Source: a virus
Taxonomy: Duplodnaviria > Caudoviricetes
Length of the DNA: 59,479 bases
Virus record (IMG/VR): IMGVR_UViG_3300036761_004206
Location: 1-59,479 of that record
Strand: one strand, 5' to 3'
Positions 18,755 through 27,623 of the stretch are shown here, one piece after another; position 1 is the stretch's first letter; every line of letters starts with the position of its first letter. The translations under genes and the position numbers were made by a program. The notes below the pieces were generated by a model. The model saw only the letters and a list, made by a program, of their open reading frames with translations, made no database searches and was not told the origin of the DNA.

Positions 18755-19942
18755 ATGAATTTGTTAGTATGTTTGTTGCTAGCTGTTGTTAGTCCTGTTG
18801 AGCAGGCAGAAGAAGATGCAATATCACTATTTCCTGCCGATGCATCTTATGTCAAATACCTATATCTGGATAATGTTGAAGAAAAAGAACGCGAGCATTA
18901 CATGGCTGTTGTGTCTTTTACTCTCAATTCAGTAAGCAATAAAAAGAAGATTGTAAAACCAGTTTTCGTCAACAAGGACAAAACACTTATAAGATTTGAC
19001 ATAAGAGATTATGGCATAGATGTTAAGGCTTATAATGAATTTCCTACCGACCCATATACCAAGAAGATTGATAAATTAAAAGTATTATCAAAGAGTGAAA
19101 ACCCTATAATGCGGGCAGATTGGTTTATAATTAAAGCAATGCAGGCTCCGCTTTATTATAAGTTAATGGGTGTATCTGATCTAAAAGACTTTAGAAAGAG
19201 ACATGGCCACGATCCAGACAACGCTAAAAAATTGAAAGTCGAGCAAGCCGCAATTGTGGTTCTAAGTAATCTGGCTAGGAATACACGCTATATTAAAAGG
19301 ACGGTTACGGTAACAGGGGCTATTTGGGAGTCCCGTGATAGCTCCACTATTGATTATTTGACTGATCTACTAACCGATAAATATGATTCGGTTCAAGTCC
19401 TCGCTTTCAATTCCAATGGTTTGCTTTCCTATTTTGCCGCAGATAATAAGGGCAAATCTATGGATCATTTGGCGGTTGATATAGCAGTAGATCATTCCAG
19501 AGCTTTTGAGCCTGATTTAACGGTTCGGGTAGCCCGAAATTGTGTGGCCTGCCATAGTGTCGGGGTTTTGCCCATTGATGATAGTGTCCGTAGTCTGATT
19601 AAGAAAGATATAAAATTGCTAGGTCCAGATAAAGATGCAATGGATCGTTTGAGTGATTTGTTTGGTGCGGAATTACCTATTAAAAAAGATCAGACTCTTT
19701 ATGCTGAAGCACTTATGAAAGCAACGGATATGAAACCAATGGAATTTACCCATAAATTCATTGCTGTGCATAAGACTTACTATGCTGATTTAACACTGGA
19801 ACATGCAGCGAAAGAAATGGGAATGACGCCAGACGAATTGAAAAAAGATTGTTTGCAGAGCGGCCATGCTCATCTTGTGCGTTTGGCTTTAGATGGTAAA
19901 ATACCCCGTGTTCATTTCGAACAAGCAATTAAGGGTAAATAA
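18755..19942 (+). CDS. secreted protein with single c-type heme motif (planctomycete-like)
   Basis: Short signal peptide; RFDIRDYG, PIMRADWF; CVACH heme-binding motif. Confidence 0.65.
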   Translation: MNLLVCLLLAVVSPVEQAEEDAISLFPADASYVKYLYLDNVEEKEREHYMAVVSFTLNSVSNKKKIVKPVFVNKDKTLIRFDIRDYGIDVKAYNEFPTDPYTKKIDKLKVLSKSENPIMRADWFIIKAMQAPLYYKLMGVSDLKDFRKRHGHDPDNAKKLKVEQAAIVVLSNLARNTRYIKRTVTVTGAIWESRDSSTIDYLTDLLTDKYDSVQVLAFNSNGLLSYFAADNKGKSMDHLAVDIAVDHSRAFEPDLTVRVARNCVACHSVGVLPIDDSVRSLIKKDIKLLGPDKDAMDRLSDLFGAELPIKKDQTLYAEALMKATDMKPMEFTHKFIAVHKTYYADLTLEHAAKEMGMTPDELKKDCLQSGHAHLVRLALDGKIPRVHFEQAIKGK

Positions 19943-19996
19943 TTATTGCACAACATTACTATTTTAATGTAACGCTTATGTTATAGGAGAATAGTA

Positions 19997-20572
19997 ATGT
20001 TAATTAGTAAAGCAGATGGTTTGACCAGGGGAAGTGAAAAGCGGGTAAGGTTGAAGTGTGATGATTGTGGCAAAATCACTTGCACAGCTTATGCGAATTA
20101 TTACCAAGGTCAAGAAAAGCGAGGTTGGAGCGGCAAAACTGTTTGTCGGGCATGTGTGTGTAAAATAAGTGCCGCAAAAAGATGTGGAAAACCCGCCCAT
20201 AATAAAGGTAAAAAACTTCCGCCTGAGAAGAAAGGCATCAATCATCCATCTTGGAAAGGTGGTAGGTATCTTGCCCATGACGGTTATTGGATGGCGTATA
20301 TAGGAGGGGGAAATGGTGTTGGATGGAACAGTTATAAGAAAGAGCATGTTTTAGTAGTTGAAAAAGATATAGGTAGATCACTTGAAAAACACGAAGTCGT
20401 TCATCATATTGATGGTGATAAGGAAAACAATTCTCTTGACAATTTATGGTTAACATCGCATTCTGGACACCGAGATGCACATGTATCTTTGCAAGAAATT
20501 GGGTATCAATTAGTAAAAGATGGGCGCGTTGTTTTTGATAAACAGAAGGGCATATACAAATGTATGATATAA
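19997..20572 (+). mobile_element. HNH homing endonuclease
   Basis: CDDC/CRAC zinc ligands, NHPSWKGG, EH.LV.E...GR.L...EVVHHIDGDKENNSLDNL. Confidence 0.9.
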
Positions 20573-21432
20573 TGGAAAATGTTCCTGAAAAGACCGTTAA
20601 GTGTCTTGATTTGGGTTTTGTGACTTTAGTTGATGTAATGCCACGTTTGGTTCCTGAAGATAGAAAAACAGCAGATTTTGCTATCGTGCAAGCTGCAAGG
20701 GTGTCTTATGGTGATGGTACAAAAACTGTTAATGAAGATAGGGGGTTAATTCGTTATTTAATGCGGCACTCCCATTCTACTCCACTGGAAATGGTAGAAT
20801 TCAAATTTCATATGAAGTTGCCTATTTTTTGTGCTAGACAAATAATAAGACACAGAATGGTTAGTGTGAATGAATATAGCGGACGCTACTCGGTAATGAA
20901 GGACGAATTTTATTTTCCAGATGTGAATAATTTAAGATTACAGTCTAAGACCAATAAGCAGGGCGGGGATGATAAAATAGAAGTTGATACCGCCAAGGAT
21001 TTTTTAGCGTATTTAGATGAAGCGTGTATTAAATCTTATCAAACGTACACGGACTATTTGGACAAGGGTATCACCCGCGAACAAGCCAGAATGATTCTGC
21101 CATTGAATTTATACACGGAATGGTATTGGAAGATCGACCTGCATAACCTATTTCACTTTCTTGGATTAAGATGTGACTCTCATGCTCAATGGGAAACTAG
21201 GGTTTTTGCAGAAGCGATATTATCTCTGATTCAACCGATTGTTCCTGTGGCAGTGGAAGCCTGGAATGATTATCACGATCACCGTGGGGCTGTGAAGGTA
21301 ACGAAGCTGGAAATGGACGCCATTAATCGCACTTTTGCAGGGCAGACGGTTAAGGCTCTTGATAGCGATAACAAACGAGAACAGGCTGAGTGGATTGTTA
21401 AGGCCGCTCGAATGGGATTGGTAGCAGAATGA
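20560..21432 (+). CDS. thyX: FAD-dependent thymidylate synthase ThyX
   Basis: AARVSY, HSTPLE, RQIIRHRMVSVNEYSGRY signature, REQARMILP, HAQWE. Confidence 0.97.
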   Translation: MYDIMENVPEKTVKCLDLGFVTLVDVMPRLVPEDRKTADFAIVQAARVSYGDGTKTVNEDRGLIRYLMRHSHSTPLEMVEFKFHMKLPIFCARQIIRHRMVSVNEYSGRYSVMKDEFYFPDVNNLRLQSKTNKQGGDDKIEVDTAKDFLAYLDEACIKSYQTYTDYLDKGITREQARMILPLNLYTEWYWKIDLHNLFHFLGLRCDSHAQWETRVFAEAILSLIQPIVPVAVEAWNDYHDHRGAVKVTKLEMDAINRTFAGQTVKALDSDNKREQAEWIVKAARMGLVAE

Positions 21433-21815
21433 ACAAAGTTGTAATTATAGCTGGGTCCGAGTCTGATGCAGCCCATGTTGACAAGATTGTAATGGCGTTG
21501 CAGGATTGTGAATATGTGGTTATTTATGCTTCTGCACATAGAGAGCCTTTGGCGGTTTTGAAAGTTCTTGAAGACTATAAAGGGTCTATATTCATTACTG
21601 TGGCTGGTAAATCTAATGCTCTTTCAGGTATGGTGGCATGTAATTGCAAGGATATTGTTATTGCATGTCCACCATTTGCTGATTTGACGGCTTACATGGT
21701 TGACATTCATTCAACATTGAGAATGCCGTCAAAGGTGCCTGTTCTCACTGTTGTTGATCCAATTAATTGTGCCTTAGCTGTAGCCAGAATCCTAAAACGT
21801 TTGGACAAAGCCTAA
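21429..21815 (+). CDS. purE: AIR carboxylase PurE (class II-like)
   Basis: GSESD, SAHR, VAGKSNAL, VIACPP, STLRMPS.VP. Confidence 0.85.
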   Translation: MNKVVIIAGSESDAAHVDKIVMALQDCEYVVIYASAHREPLAVLKVLEDYKGSIFITVAGKSNALSGMVACNCKDIVIACPPFADLTAYMVDIHSTLRMPSKVPVLTVVDPINCALAVARILKRLDKA

Positions 21816-21829
21816 TTTTGTAGTAGAGT
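21801..21829 (+). promoter_or_regulatory. sigma70-like promoter, probably leaderless transcript
   Basis: TTGGAC-17 nt-TAGAGT, then 6 nt to ATG 21836; no Shine-Dalgarno. Confidence 0.45.
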
Positions 21830-21835
21830 AGTTAT

Positions 21836-22114
21836 ATGAATCGAGATGTTGACTTTATAGCGGAAATTGACCATTTTGAAATGGACAAGGAATTCATCCA
21901 AGTCTGCGGGCGGGTTTGTGATAAGGAACTTCGACTTGGTGATTTCTTAAATTACATGAAGATCATTAAAATTGAAGCTTATGGTAAGACACTAGATTTC
22001 ATTAGTCCAGGCATGACTTGTCGTTTGACACTCAATCGCAACAAGGGCAAACATAGTGGTTTAGATATAGGTTGCTTTTATTTGGAGAAAAAGGAATGCT
22101 CTACGGAATCATAG
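21836..22114 (+). CDS. small protein resembling EF-Tu/translation-factor domain II beta-barrel
   Basis: VCGRV...LRLGD...IIKIEAYGKTLDFISPGMTCRLTL parallels EF-Tu VTGRVERG..KVGE...GVEMFRKLLD.G.AGENVGVLL. Confidence 0.55.
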   Translation: MNRDVDFIAEIDHFEMDKEFIQVCGRVCDKELRLGDFLNYMKIIKIEAYGKTLDFISPGMTCRLTLNRNKGKHSGLDIGCFYLEKKECSTES

Positions 22115-22656
22115 GCTTTGGGAATGAAAAAGCACTGGATTATCCAAAGTTTTTGTTCTGTGGGTCATTTAATCCAATGCATGAAGGACATGTTTCGATT
22201 GTAGACTATATCTACGATAAATATGGCTTCCCTGTTGATTTTGAAATTTCACATCAGAACGTAGAAAAAGACCCAATTAGTGTATGTGAAATGCGTCGGC
22301 GGTACGACCAGATGAAGACGAAATATAAGCCTTCATTTGGTAGGCTCTATATGACCGAAGACGCTCGCTATTTGGAGAAAGCTAGGCTGTTTCCAGAAGT
22401 CACTTTTGTATGCGGTTTTGACACTATTAAGGCTTTGTGTGATGGTGGATATTATCAGACTGAAGATTTTGATGAAGTTGTCAATGAGTTTGACGACTTA
22501 GGGATTAAATGGATTGCATTTCCACGTCAGAAGGCAGATGGAACTATCAGTACGGCAGCAGATTTTAAGGATTTTCCGCCCAACTTGTTGAAGAATATTA
22601 CCATTGTAGAAGATTTCCCTGCTATTAATATAGCGTCAAGAGAGATAAGGAAATGA
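22096..22656 (+). CDS. HxGH nucleotidyltransferase (NadD/cytidylyltransferase-like)
   Basis: GSFNPMHEGH, NVEK, EKARLFP..TFVCGFDT, ASREIR. Confidence 0.8.
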   Translation: MLYGIIGFGNEKALDYPKFLFCGSFNPMHEGHVSIVDYIYDKYGFPVDFEISHQNVEKDPISVCEMRRRYDQMKTKYKPSFGRLYMTEDARYLEKARLFPEVTFVCGFDTIKALCDGGYYQTEDFDEVVNEFDDLGIKWIAFPRQKADGTISTAADFKDFPPNLLKNITIVEDFPAINIASREIRK

Positions 22657-22669
22657 CTATAATAGTCAT

Positions 22670-24067
22670 ATGGAATTGCTACAACGCTTTGCCAAGTCTT
22701 TAGACGAAAATCATAAAGCAATATTTATTCATGTCATAGGGGATAGTCTTTTGGATGAAGACTATCAAGTAAAAGTCAGTCGCATTTCTCCTGAATGTGC
22801 TAATGTCCATGTCCTGTTATCAGAAGATGATATACCATTTCGAAGGTTTCCTGGCGGTGCTGCCAACGTTTGTTATCAACTCAATAACTTCAACGTAATC
22901 AGCCGATTATTTACCTTGATTGATGATGAAGCCTACAAGGTTATTCGTAATCATGGGGTTAAGTATTGGGGTGGCGTCAACCTACCAAAAGACCACTTTA
23001 TTCCTAGAAAGAAACGATTTTATGAAAAAGGGTTCCAAGTCGTAGCTCGCCGCGACATTGAGAAACAACGATACGGACTAGATGATCCAACATTTAGATA
23101 CTTACAGGCAGAATTAGTCAGGTATTGGTCGGCATTTCAGGTCGAACCAGATGTAATGATATTCTCTGACTACAATAAAGGCATTTTTTCAGGCGACTTT
23201 AAACTAAGTTGGTTCGACACAAAGGCAATTACTATAGTTGACCCAAAAACTGCACCATTAGACCGTTGGATTGGCTGCACGATTTTTAAGCCCAATTCAA
23301 AGGAAGCTGAGACGTTAAGTGGATTTAAGGACTGGCAACTACAGTGTGATTTCTTCAAGAAAGAGTTGAATTGTAAGGCTGTTATTATTACACAGGAAGG
23401 TGATGGGGTTGTCGGTCACATTGATGATTATTTTGAGTATAGGCCAAAGTGTAATATAAAACCAATGGATATTATAGGGGCAGGGGATTGTTTCATTGGA
23501 GTTTTGGCACTAGCTGTTTCACATGGATTTACTATTGAAGAATCAGCCAAAATAGCTTTTCATGGTGGTTTGATGTATGTGCAGCAGAAACAGCGCGGTA
23601 TGTTTGGTCCGTGGGCGTTTCATTCCAGCGGGAAGATATTGAGGAATTGGGAGTTTTTAAAGAGCAGAGAATACAAGCTGGTCTTTACTAATGGTTGTTT
23701 TGATCTTATTCATAGTGGGCATTTACATACTCTTGAATTCGCTAGTAATCAGGGGGATAAGTTGATAGTGGCAGTAAATTCGGATGAAAGTATTCGAAGA
23801 TTAAAGGGTACAACACGTCCAATATTACCAATTTATGAGCGGATGAAGTTATTGGCGGCTTTGGAACATGTTGATTATGTCATTGCGTTTGATGAAGATA
23901 CACCACAGAGACTGATTGAAGATATTAAGCCTGAAGTGTTGGTAAAAGGTGCAGACTGGCAGGGCAAGGAAGTGGCGGGAGCGGATTGTGTAAAAGAAGT
24001 GTGCTATGTCCCTCTAGTTGAAGGACATAGCACGTCCGAGCTAATCAAGAAGATTAAATCTTCTTGA
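22670..24067 (+). CDS. hldE: bifunctional heptose-7-phosphate kinase / heptose-1-phosphate adenylyltransferase HldE
   Basis: RISPE, PGGAANV, SDYNKG, VDPK, KPN..EA, GAGD (PfkB domain); FTNGCFDLIHSGH, NSDESIRRLKG..RPI, KGADW, STS (transferase domain). Confidence 0.93.
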   Translation: MELLQRFAKSLDENHKAIFIHVIGDSLLDEDYQVKVSRISPECANVHVLLSEDDIPFRRFPGGAANVCYQLNNFNVISRLFTLIDDEAYKVIRNHGVKYWGGVNLPKDHFIPRKKRFYEKGFQVVARRDIEKQRYGLDDPTFRYLQAELVRYWSAFQVEPDVMIFSDYNKGIFSGDFKLSWFDTKAITIVDPKTAPLDRWIGCTIFKPNSKEAETLSGFKDWQLQCDFFKKELNCKAVIITQEGDGVVGHIDDYFEYRPKCNIKPMDIIGAGDCFIGVLALAVSHGFTIEESAKIAFHGGLMYVQQKQRGMFGPWAFHSSGKILRNWEFLKSREYKLVFTNGCFDLIHSGHLHTLEFASNQGDKLIVAVNSDESIRRLKGTTRPILPIYERMKLLAALEHVDYVIAFDEDTPQRLIEDIKPEVLVKGADWQGKEVAGADCVKEVCYVPLVEGHSTSELIKKIKSS

Positions 24068-24328
24068 TTACTTGCAGCAACCCTCTTCGGTGCAACTACA
24101 GGCATTGCAGCACTTCTTATCTGCGCAACAAGCGCCCTTACAGTCGGTCTTGCCACATGTGCAGTGCTTACAGCAAGGGCATTTTTTCGCTGGTGGATGT
24201 TGTTGTCGTGTTTGTGGAACTGTGGCCTTGTTCAGTAGGGTATCCCAATGGAGATAGGTCTGCCAGCCTGCCCAAGAAAGCACCACGATAGCTGCAAGAA
24301 AAGTGACTGTGTTATGTATAGCTTTCAT
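24068..24328 (-). CDS. membrane-anchored protein with metallothionein-like Cys-rich tail
   Basis: N-terminal TM helix; CPCCKHCTCGKTDCKGACCADKKCCNACSCTEEGCC; AGGAG RBS. Confidence 0.7.
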   Translation of the reverse strand: MKAIHNTVTFLAAIVVLSWAGWQTYLHWDTLLNKATVPQTRQQHPPAKKCPCCKHCTCGKTDCKGACCADKKCCNACSCTEEGCCK

Positions 24329-24388
24329 AATAAACTCCTGTTTTCATAATAGAGCAATAAATTGTAGATTTATTCCATAAATAAGGCA

Positions 24389-24586
24389 ATGGGATTTAAA
24401 GAATATTTTTTGGCAAATGAATTAAAGATAAAGGGCGTCATGGACCTTAAAGACAACCCACTTATCCCTACTGAGATTCCAAAGACGGGATTTCAGAACT
24501 CTGGTGCTAGAAAAATGGGCGTCCTTGCACAATCCAAACCATATACACCAAAGCCACTTGCCGTATTATTCAGGAAGCCTTCATAA
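24389..24586 (+). CDS. small protein with CTS-like N-terminus
   Basis: Begins MGFKEYFLANE; TAAATA 5 nt upstream. Confidence 0.55.
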   Translation: MGFKEYFLANELKIKGVMDLKDNPLIPTEIPKTGFQNSGARKMGVLAQSKPYTPKPLAVLFRKPS

Positions 24587-24809
24587 AAGACGCGCATATT
24601 TTCCAAGCATTCCTGATGTGTTTGGCTGAGTAGGTCAATTGATTAGCCAGTTGATGCCGTTCCCTATCTCTGTCCGCTCTCGCATCTTTTTCGATCTTGT
24701 TTGAGAGTTTTTCTAGGAATTCAGTAAGGGTATCATATCGCAGATTGCCTAAATCCTCAGCAAGTTTATCAAACCCGCCTGGATAGTCGATTTCATTCAG
24801 ATGTTTCAT
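24570..24809 (-). CDS. hypothetical protein
   Basis: 79-aa ORF coupled to upstream gene; LAEDLGNLRYD..DA.AD..R.R.QLA pattern. Confidence 0.7.
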   Translation of the reverse strand: MKHLNEIDYPGGFDKLAEDLGNLRYDTLTEFLEKLSNKIEKDARADRDRERHQLANQLTYSAKHIRNAWKICASFMKAS

Positions 24810-25273
24810 TCTTCATCCTCTATCGTACTAGAGGTATGAATACCGTTTTTACCAGTTGTTACAGATTCCACATATCTCTGGCATTGGAGTGACAATCGGT
24901 ACTTGCCAATAAATCTATTGTGCGTATAACCTCTATTCACTACAAGCCAATCGCAACCCTCAATGTTTAATAGTGTTCCTATCGGTGGGATGCCATCTAA
25001 CTTTTCACTAACTATTTCAGGATTGATTTGCACCACCATTTCTTCGGGTGAATCAATGCCGAATATGCTAAATTGACTTTCGGTTGGATAATCATAAAAT
25101 CCATAGATTGTAATGTTGATTGTGGATAAGTTGGCCCATCTTCCAAAATAAATCTCGTCTTTTTCTCTAACCGTAAAAACACCTTTCACGATAATCGGAT
25201 GTCCAGCACTTTCAATCCAATAACCATCTATTTTTATACATATATCTTTTATAAAATCAAATATTGCTCTCAT
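24806..25273 (-). CDS. T4 gp14-like neck/head-closure protein
   Basis: FSIFGIDSPEEMVVQIN..., P.IG.LL, G.Y.L.L.C..Y pattern resembles gp14; shorter than T4 gp14. Confidence 0.55.
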   Translation of the reverse strand: MRAIFDFIKDICIKIDGYWIESAGHPIIVKGVFTVREKDEIYFGRWANLSTINITIYGFYDYPTESQFSIFGIDSPEEMVVQINPEIVSEKLDGIPPIGTLLNIEGCDWLVVNRGYTHNRFIGKYRLSLQCQRYVESVTTGKNGIHTSSTIEDEE

Positions 25274-25808
25274 TTAAAACTCCTAGTATTAGATTATCTA
25301 TATATTTTCCTTCTTTCAAAACTACTTGTCTTTGGCGTCCTTCGATAATGAATCCTGCGGCTTCTGCACACTTAAGCGAAGCTTCATTAGTTACTAATAT
25401 TTGAGCGTCAAGTCTGTGTAAATTCATTAATTTAAAGGCGAAAGTTACTCCAGCAGTAACTAACTTTTTACCATAGCCTTTACGCCTGAATTCCTTAAAT
25501 ACATCCCAGCCAATTTCGGCTCGCCTACTCTGCCAGTCAATGTTGAATAGTTTTATTACGCCGAAATCGTCAGTGCTAAATTGATGATTTGGGCGTTCAG
25601 CCGACGCCATTAGCACTAAATCCCTTGGGCAATGAGTCTCATGGCTAATAGAATTTAGCCAAGCTTCCTGGCTGGTTAAGTTAGCCAATGTCACCGTATG
25701 GGTGCCAAAATGACTTTCATTTTTCAGGCACAAGAGGGTGCGAGCATCACCTTTGTCCGCTTTGCGGAAATGAACACCATTTTCGTGTTTATACAGGCTC
25801 ATTACCAA
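25257..25808 (-). CDS. GNAT N-acetyltransferase (RimJ/PseH-like)
   Basis: IDWQSRRAEIG, FRRKGYGK acetyl-CoA motif, LNLHRL-type segment, NEAS...GF..EG. Confidence 0.88.
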   Translation of the reverse strand: MVMSLYKHENGVHFRKADKGDARTLLCLKNESHFGTHTVTLANLTSQEAWLNSISHETHCPRDLVLMASAERPNHQFSTDDFGVIKLFNIDWQSRRAEIGWDVFKEFRRKGYGKKLVTAGVTFAFKLMNLHRLDAQILVTNEASLKCAEAAGFIIEGRQRQVVLKEGKYIDNLILGVLNESNI

Positions 25809-26923
25809 CCCTCCTTAATGCAGGTTGATATATATTGCCGTTGTTCCTTAGTAACCCACCAACCACAAGGTATGCAAATCATTTCTTTTGCCACTTTATC
25901 AAGGTTCGGCAAGACTGTTTTAAATTGCTTGAAACAATCGTGTTTATCATTCCGATCATGAACTTGACCAACCATAATTCCTTTTTCTTTCATTTTTTTA
26001 ATGAAGTTAGGTCGATCTTCAACTAGCATGGTATAAATCCAATAACTGGAATCATGGTCGGGGTGGTTTTCAAGTAGTTTGACACCGCTTATGTTTTTTA
26101 GAACAAGATTGTAGTATTCGCCGTTTTCCTTGTGGGCTTGAACTATTTCATCTGTGTGATTGAGATTACATATGCCGATAGTGGCATTAATGTCGTTCAT
26201 ATGCCATTTAAAGCCGCCTTCTGAAATGTTTTGCTCGCAACGGAAGTCTTTGCTGCTGGTGCGATCTAGACCATACCAACGAAGCAGTTTGGCTCGCTGG
26301 TGGAAGGTTATGTTTGGGGATATAAGGATGCCACCATCACCAGCGGTCAGATGTTTGATAGCCTGGAAGCTGAAAGCAGCAAAATTGCCGTAGCAGCCAA
26401 TCATTGTGTTTTTATATTTGGCACCCCATGCATGAGCGCAATCTTCAATGACCCAAGGTTTATGGCCAAATGTGGCTTCGGCTTTCATACGGATTGACAT
26501 TAATTTCTCAAGGTCAACAGGATAGCCGCCCCAATGGACCACCATGATTGCTTTGGTTTTTGGAGTTATCTTTCTGGCAACATCATCCAGGTCAATATTG
26601 CAGGTTTTCGGGTCTATATCGGCCCACTTGATTGTTGCTCCTCGATTCACAATGGCGAGGTTAGTTGCGGTGCAGGTAAGCGGGGTTGAGATAATCTCGC
26701 ATTCCGAATTCAACCATTGATTTTTCACCATATGCACAGCAAGTTCTAGTGCAGAAGTGCAGCTATTTACTGTGTTGATGAATGTATTGTTGAAGTGTTT
26801 TGATAACCTGTATTCAAAGTCTTCAACTTTCGGGCCTTGTCCAATAAAGCCGCTCGTAAGCACCTTTTCGACTTCTTTTGGTGCTTCAGAAGACATGAAT
26901 ACTTTAAACAAGTCAATTTTCAT
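25802..26923 (-). CDS. DegT/DnrJ/EryC1/StrS sugar aminotransferase
   Basis: GPKVEDFE, NSCTSAL, VHWGGYP, IEDCAHA, FSFQAIKHLTAGDGG (PLP lysine). Confidence 0.95.
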   Translation of the reverse strand: MKIDLFKVFMSSEAPKEVEKVLTSGFIGQGPKVEDFEYRLSKHFNNTFINTVNSCTSALELAVHMVKNQWLNSECEIISTPLTCTATNLAIVNRGATIKWADIDPKTCNIDLDDVARKITPKTKAIMVVHWGGYPVDLEKLMSIRMKAEATFGHKPWVIEDCAHAWGAKYKNTMIGCYGNFAAFSFQAIKHLTAGDGGILISPNITFHQRAKLLRWYGLDRTSSKDFRCEQNISEGGFKWHMNDINATIGICNLNHTDEIVQAHKENGEYYNLVLKNISGVKLLENHPDHDSSYWIYTMLVEDRPNFIKKMKEKGIMVGQVHDRNDKHDCFKQFKTVLPNLDKVAKEMICIPCGWWVTKEQRQYISTCIKEGW

Positions 26924-27623
26924 TTTTTACCCCAATATCAACGCTAGTGTTCTCTGACAAGAACGTTCTACGATGAGTTAAAACATGTTCATTTATTGGA
27001 TGTAATGTAAACTTTTTAGCTAATTCATTCAAGTACAATCCGTCACAGGTATTACCAGGAACCCATTCAAGTGGAAATTGCCAATTTAAAACAGCATATG
27101 ATGCTTTCGTTTGGAGTATTTGCCCACCATCTAATAGGTGCATTGGTGGAGTGTCTGCGTTATATTCTTTATTCCAGTGGTGACGCCCAAAATACATGTG
27201 TAATTTCCAGTCAGTATCATTTACTTGATCTATAACATCCATCCAACCAAAAACAACATCCCAACTTGGGTGACTATCTAAAGTCCCAGCCAGTGATTCA
27301 AGATAGGTTGGCTGCATTATATCATCATCTGATAGCCAGCAGAAGTAATCAGTTGCTATTATCGGAAAGTATTTGTTCATCAATATTGACGGTCGATATA
27401 TTTTTTTCCTTTCATAGAACCCAACATTTTCCATGAACGCGGTTATTCTTGGATCACGGTGTTGTAGATTAAAAATATAATCCGTGGTTTTCCCATTCGC
27501 TCCGTCAAGAATAATCCACCATCGCCAGTCTTTGCGAGTTTGATTAAATACGCTTTCTGCTGCTTGAGGAAGAAATTTTTCTTTATTGTAAGTCGCTGTG
27601 ACTATGGTTGTTATACCGATCAT
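26913..27623 (-). CDS. GT2 family glycosyltransferase
   Basis: TYNKEKFL..A.ESV.NQT, ILDG, YFCWLSDDD. Confidence 0.88.
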   Translation of the reverse strand: MIGITTIVTATYNKEKFLPQAAESVFNQTRKDWRWWIILDGANGKTTDYIFNLQHRDPRITAFMENVGFYERKKIYRPSILMNKYFPIIATDYFCWLSDDDIMQPTYLESLAGTLDSHPSWDVVFGWMDVIDQVNDTDWKLHMYFGRHHWNKEYNADTPPMHLLDGGQILQTKASYAVLNWQFPLEWVPGNTCDGLYLNELAKKFTLHPINEHVLTHRRTFLSENTSVDIGVKNEN

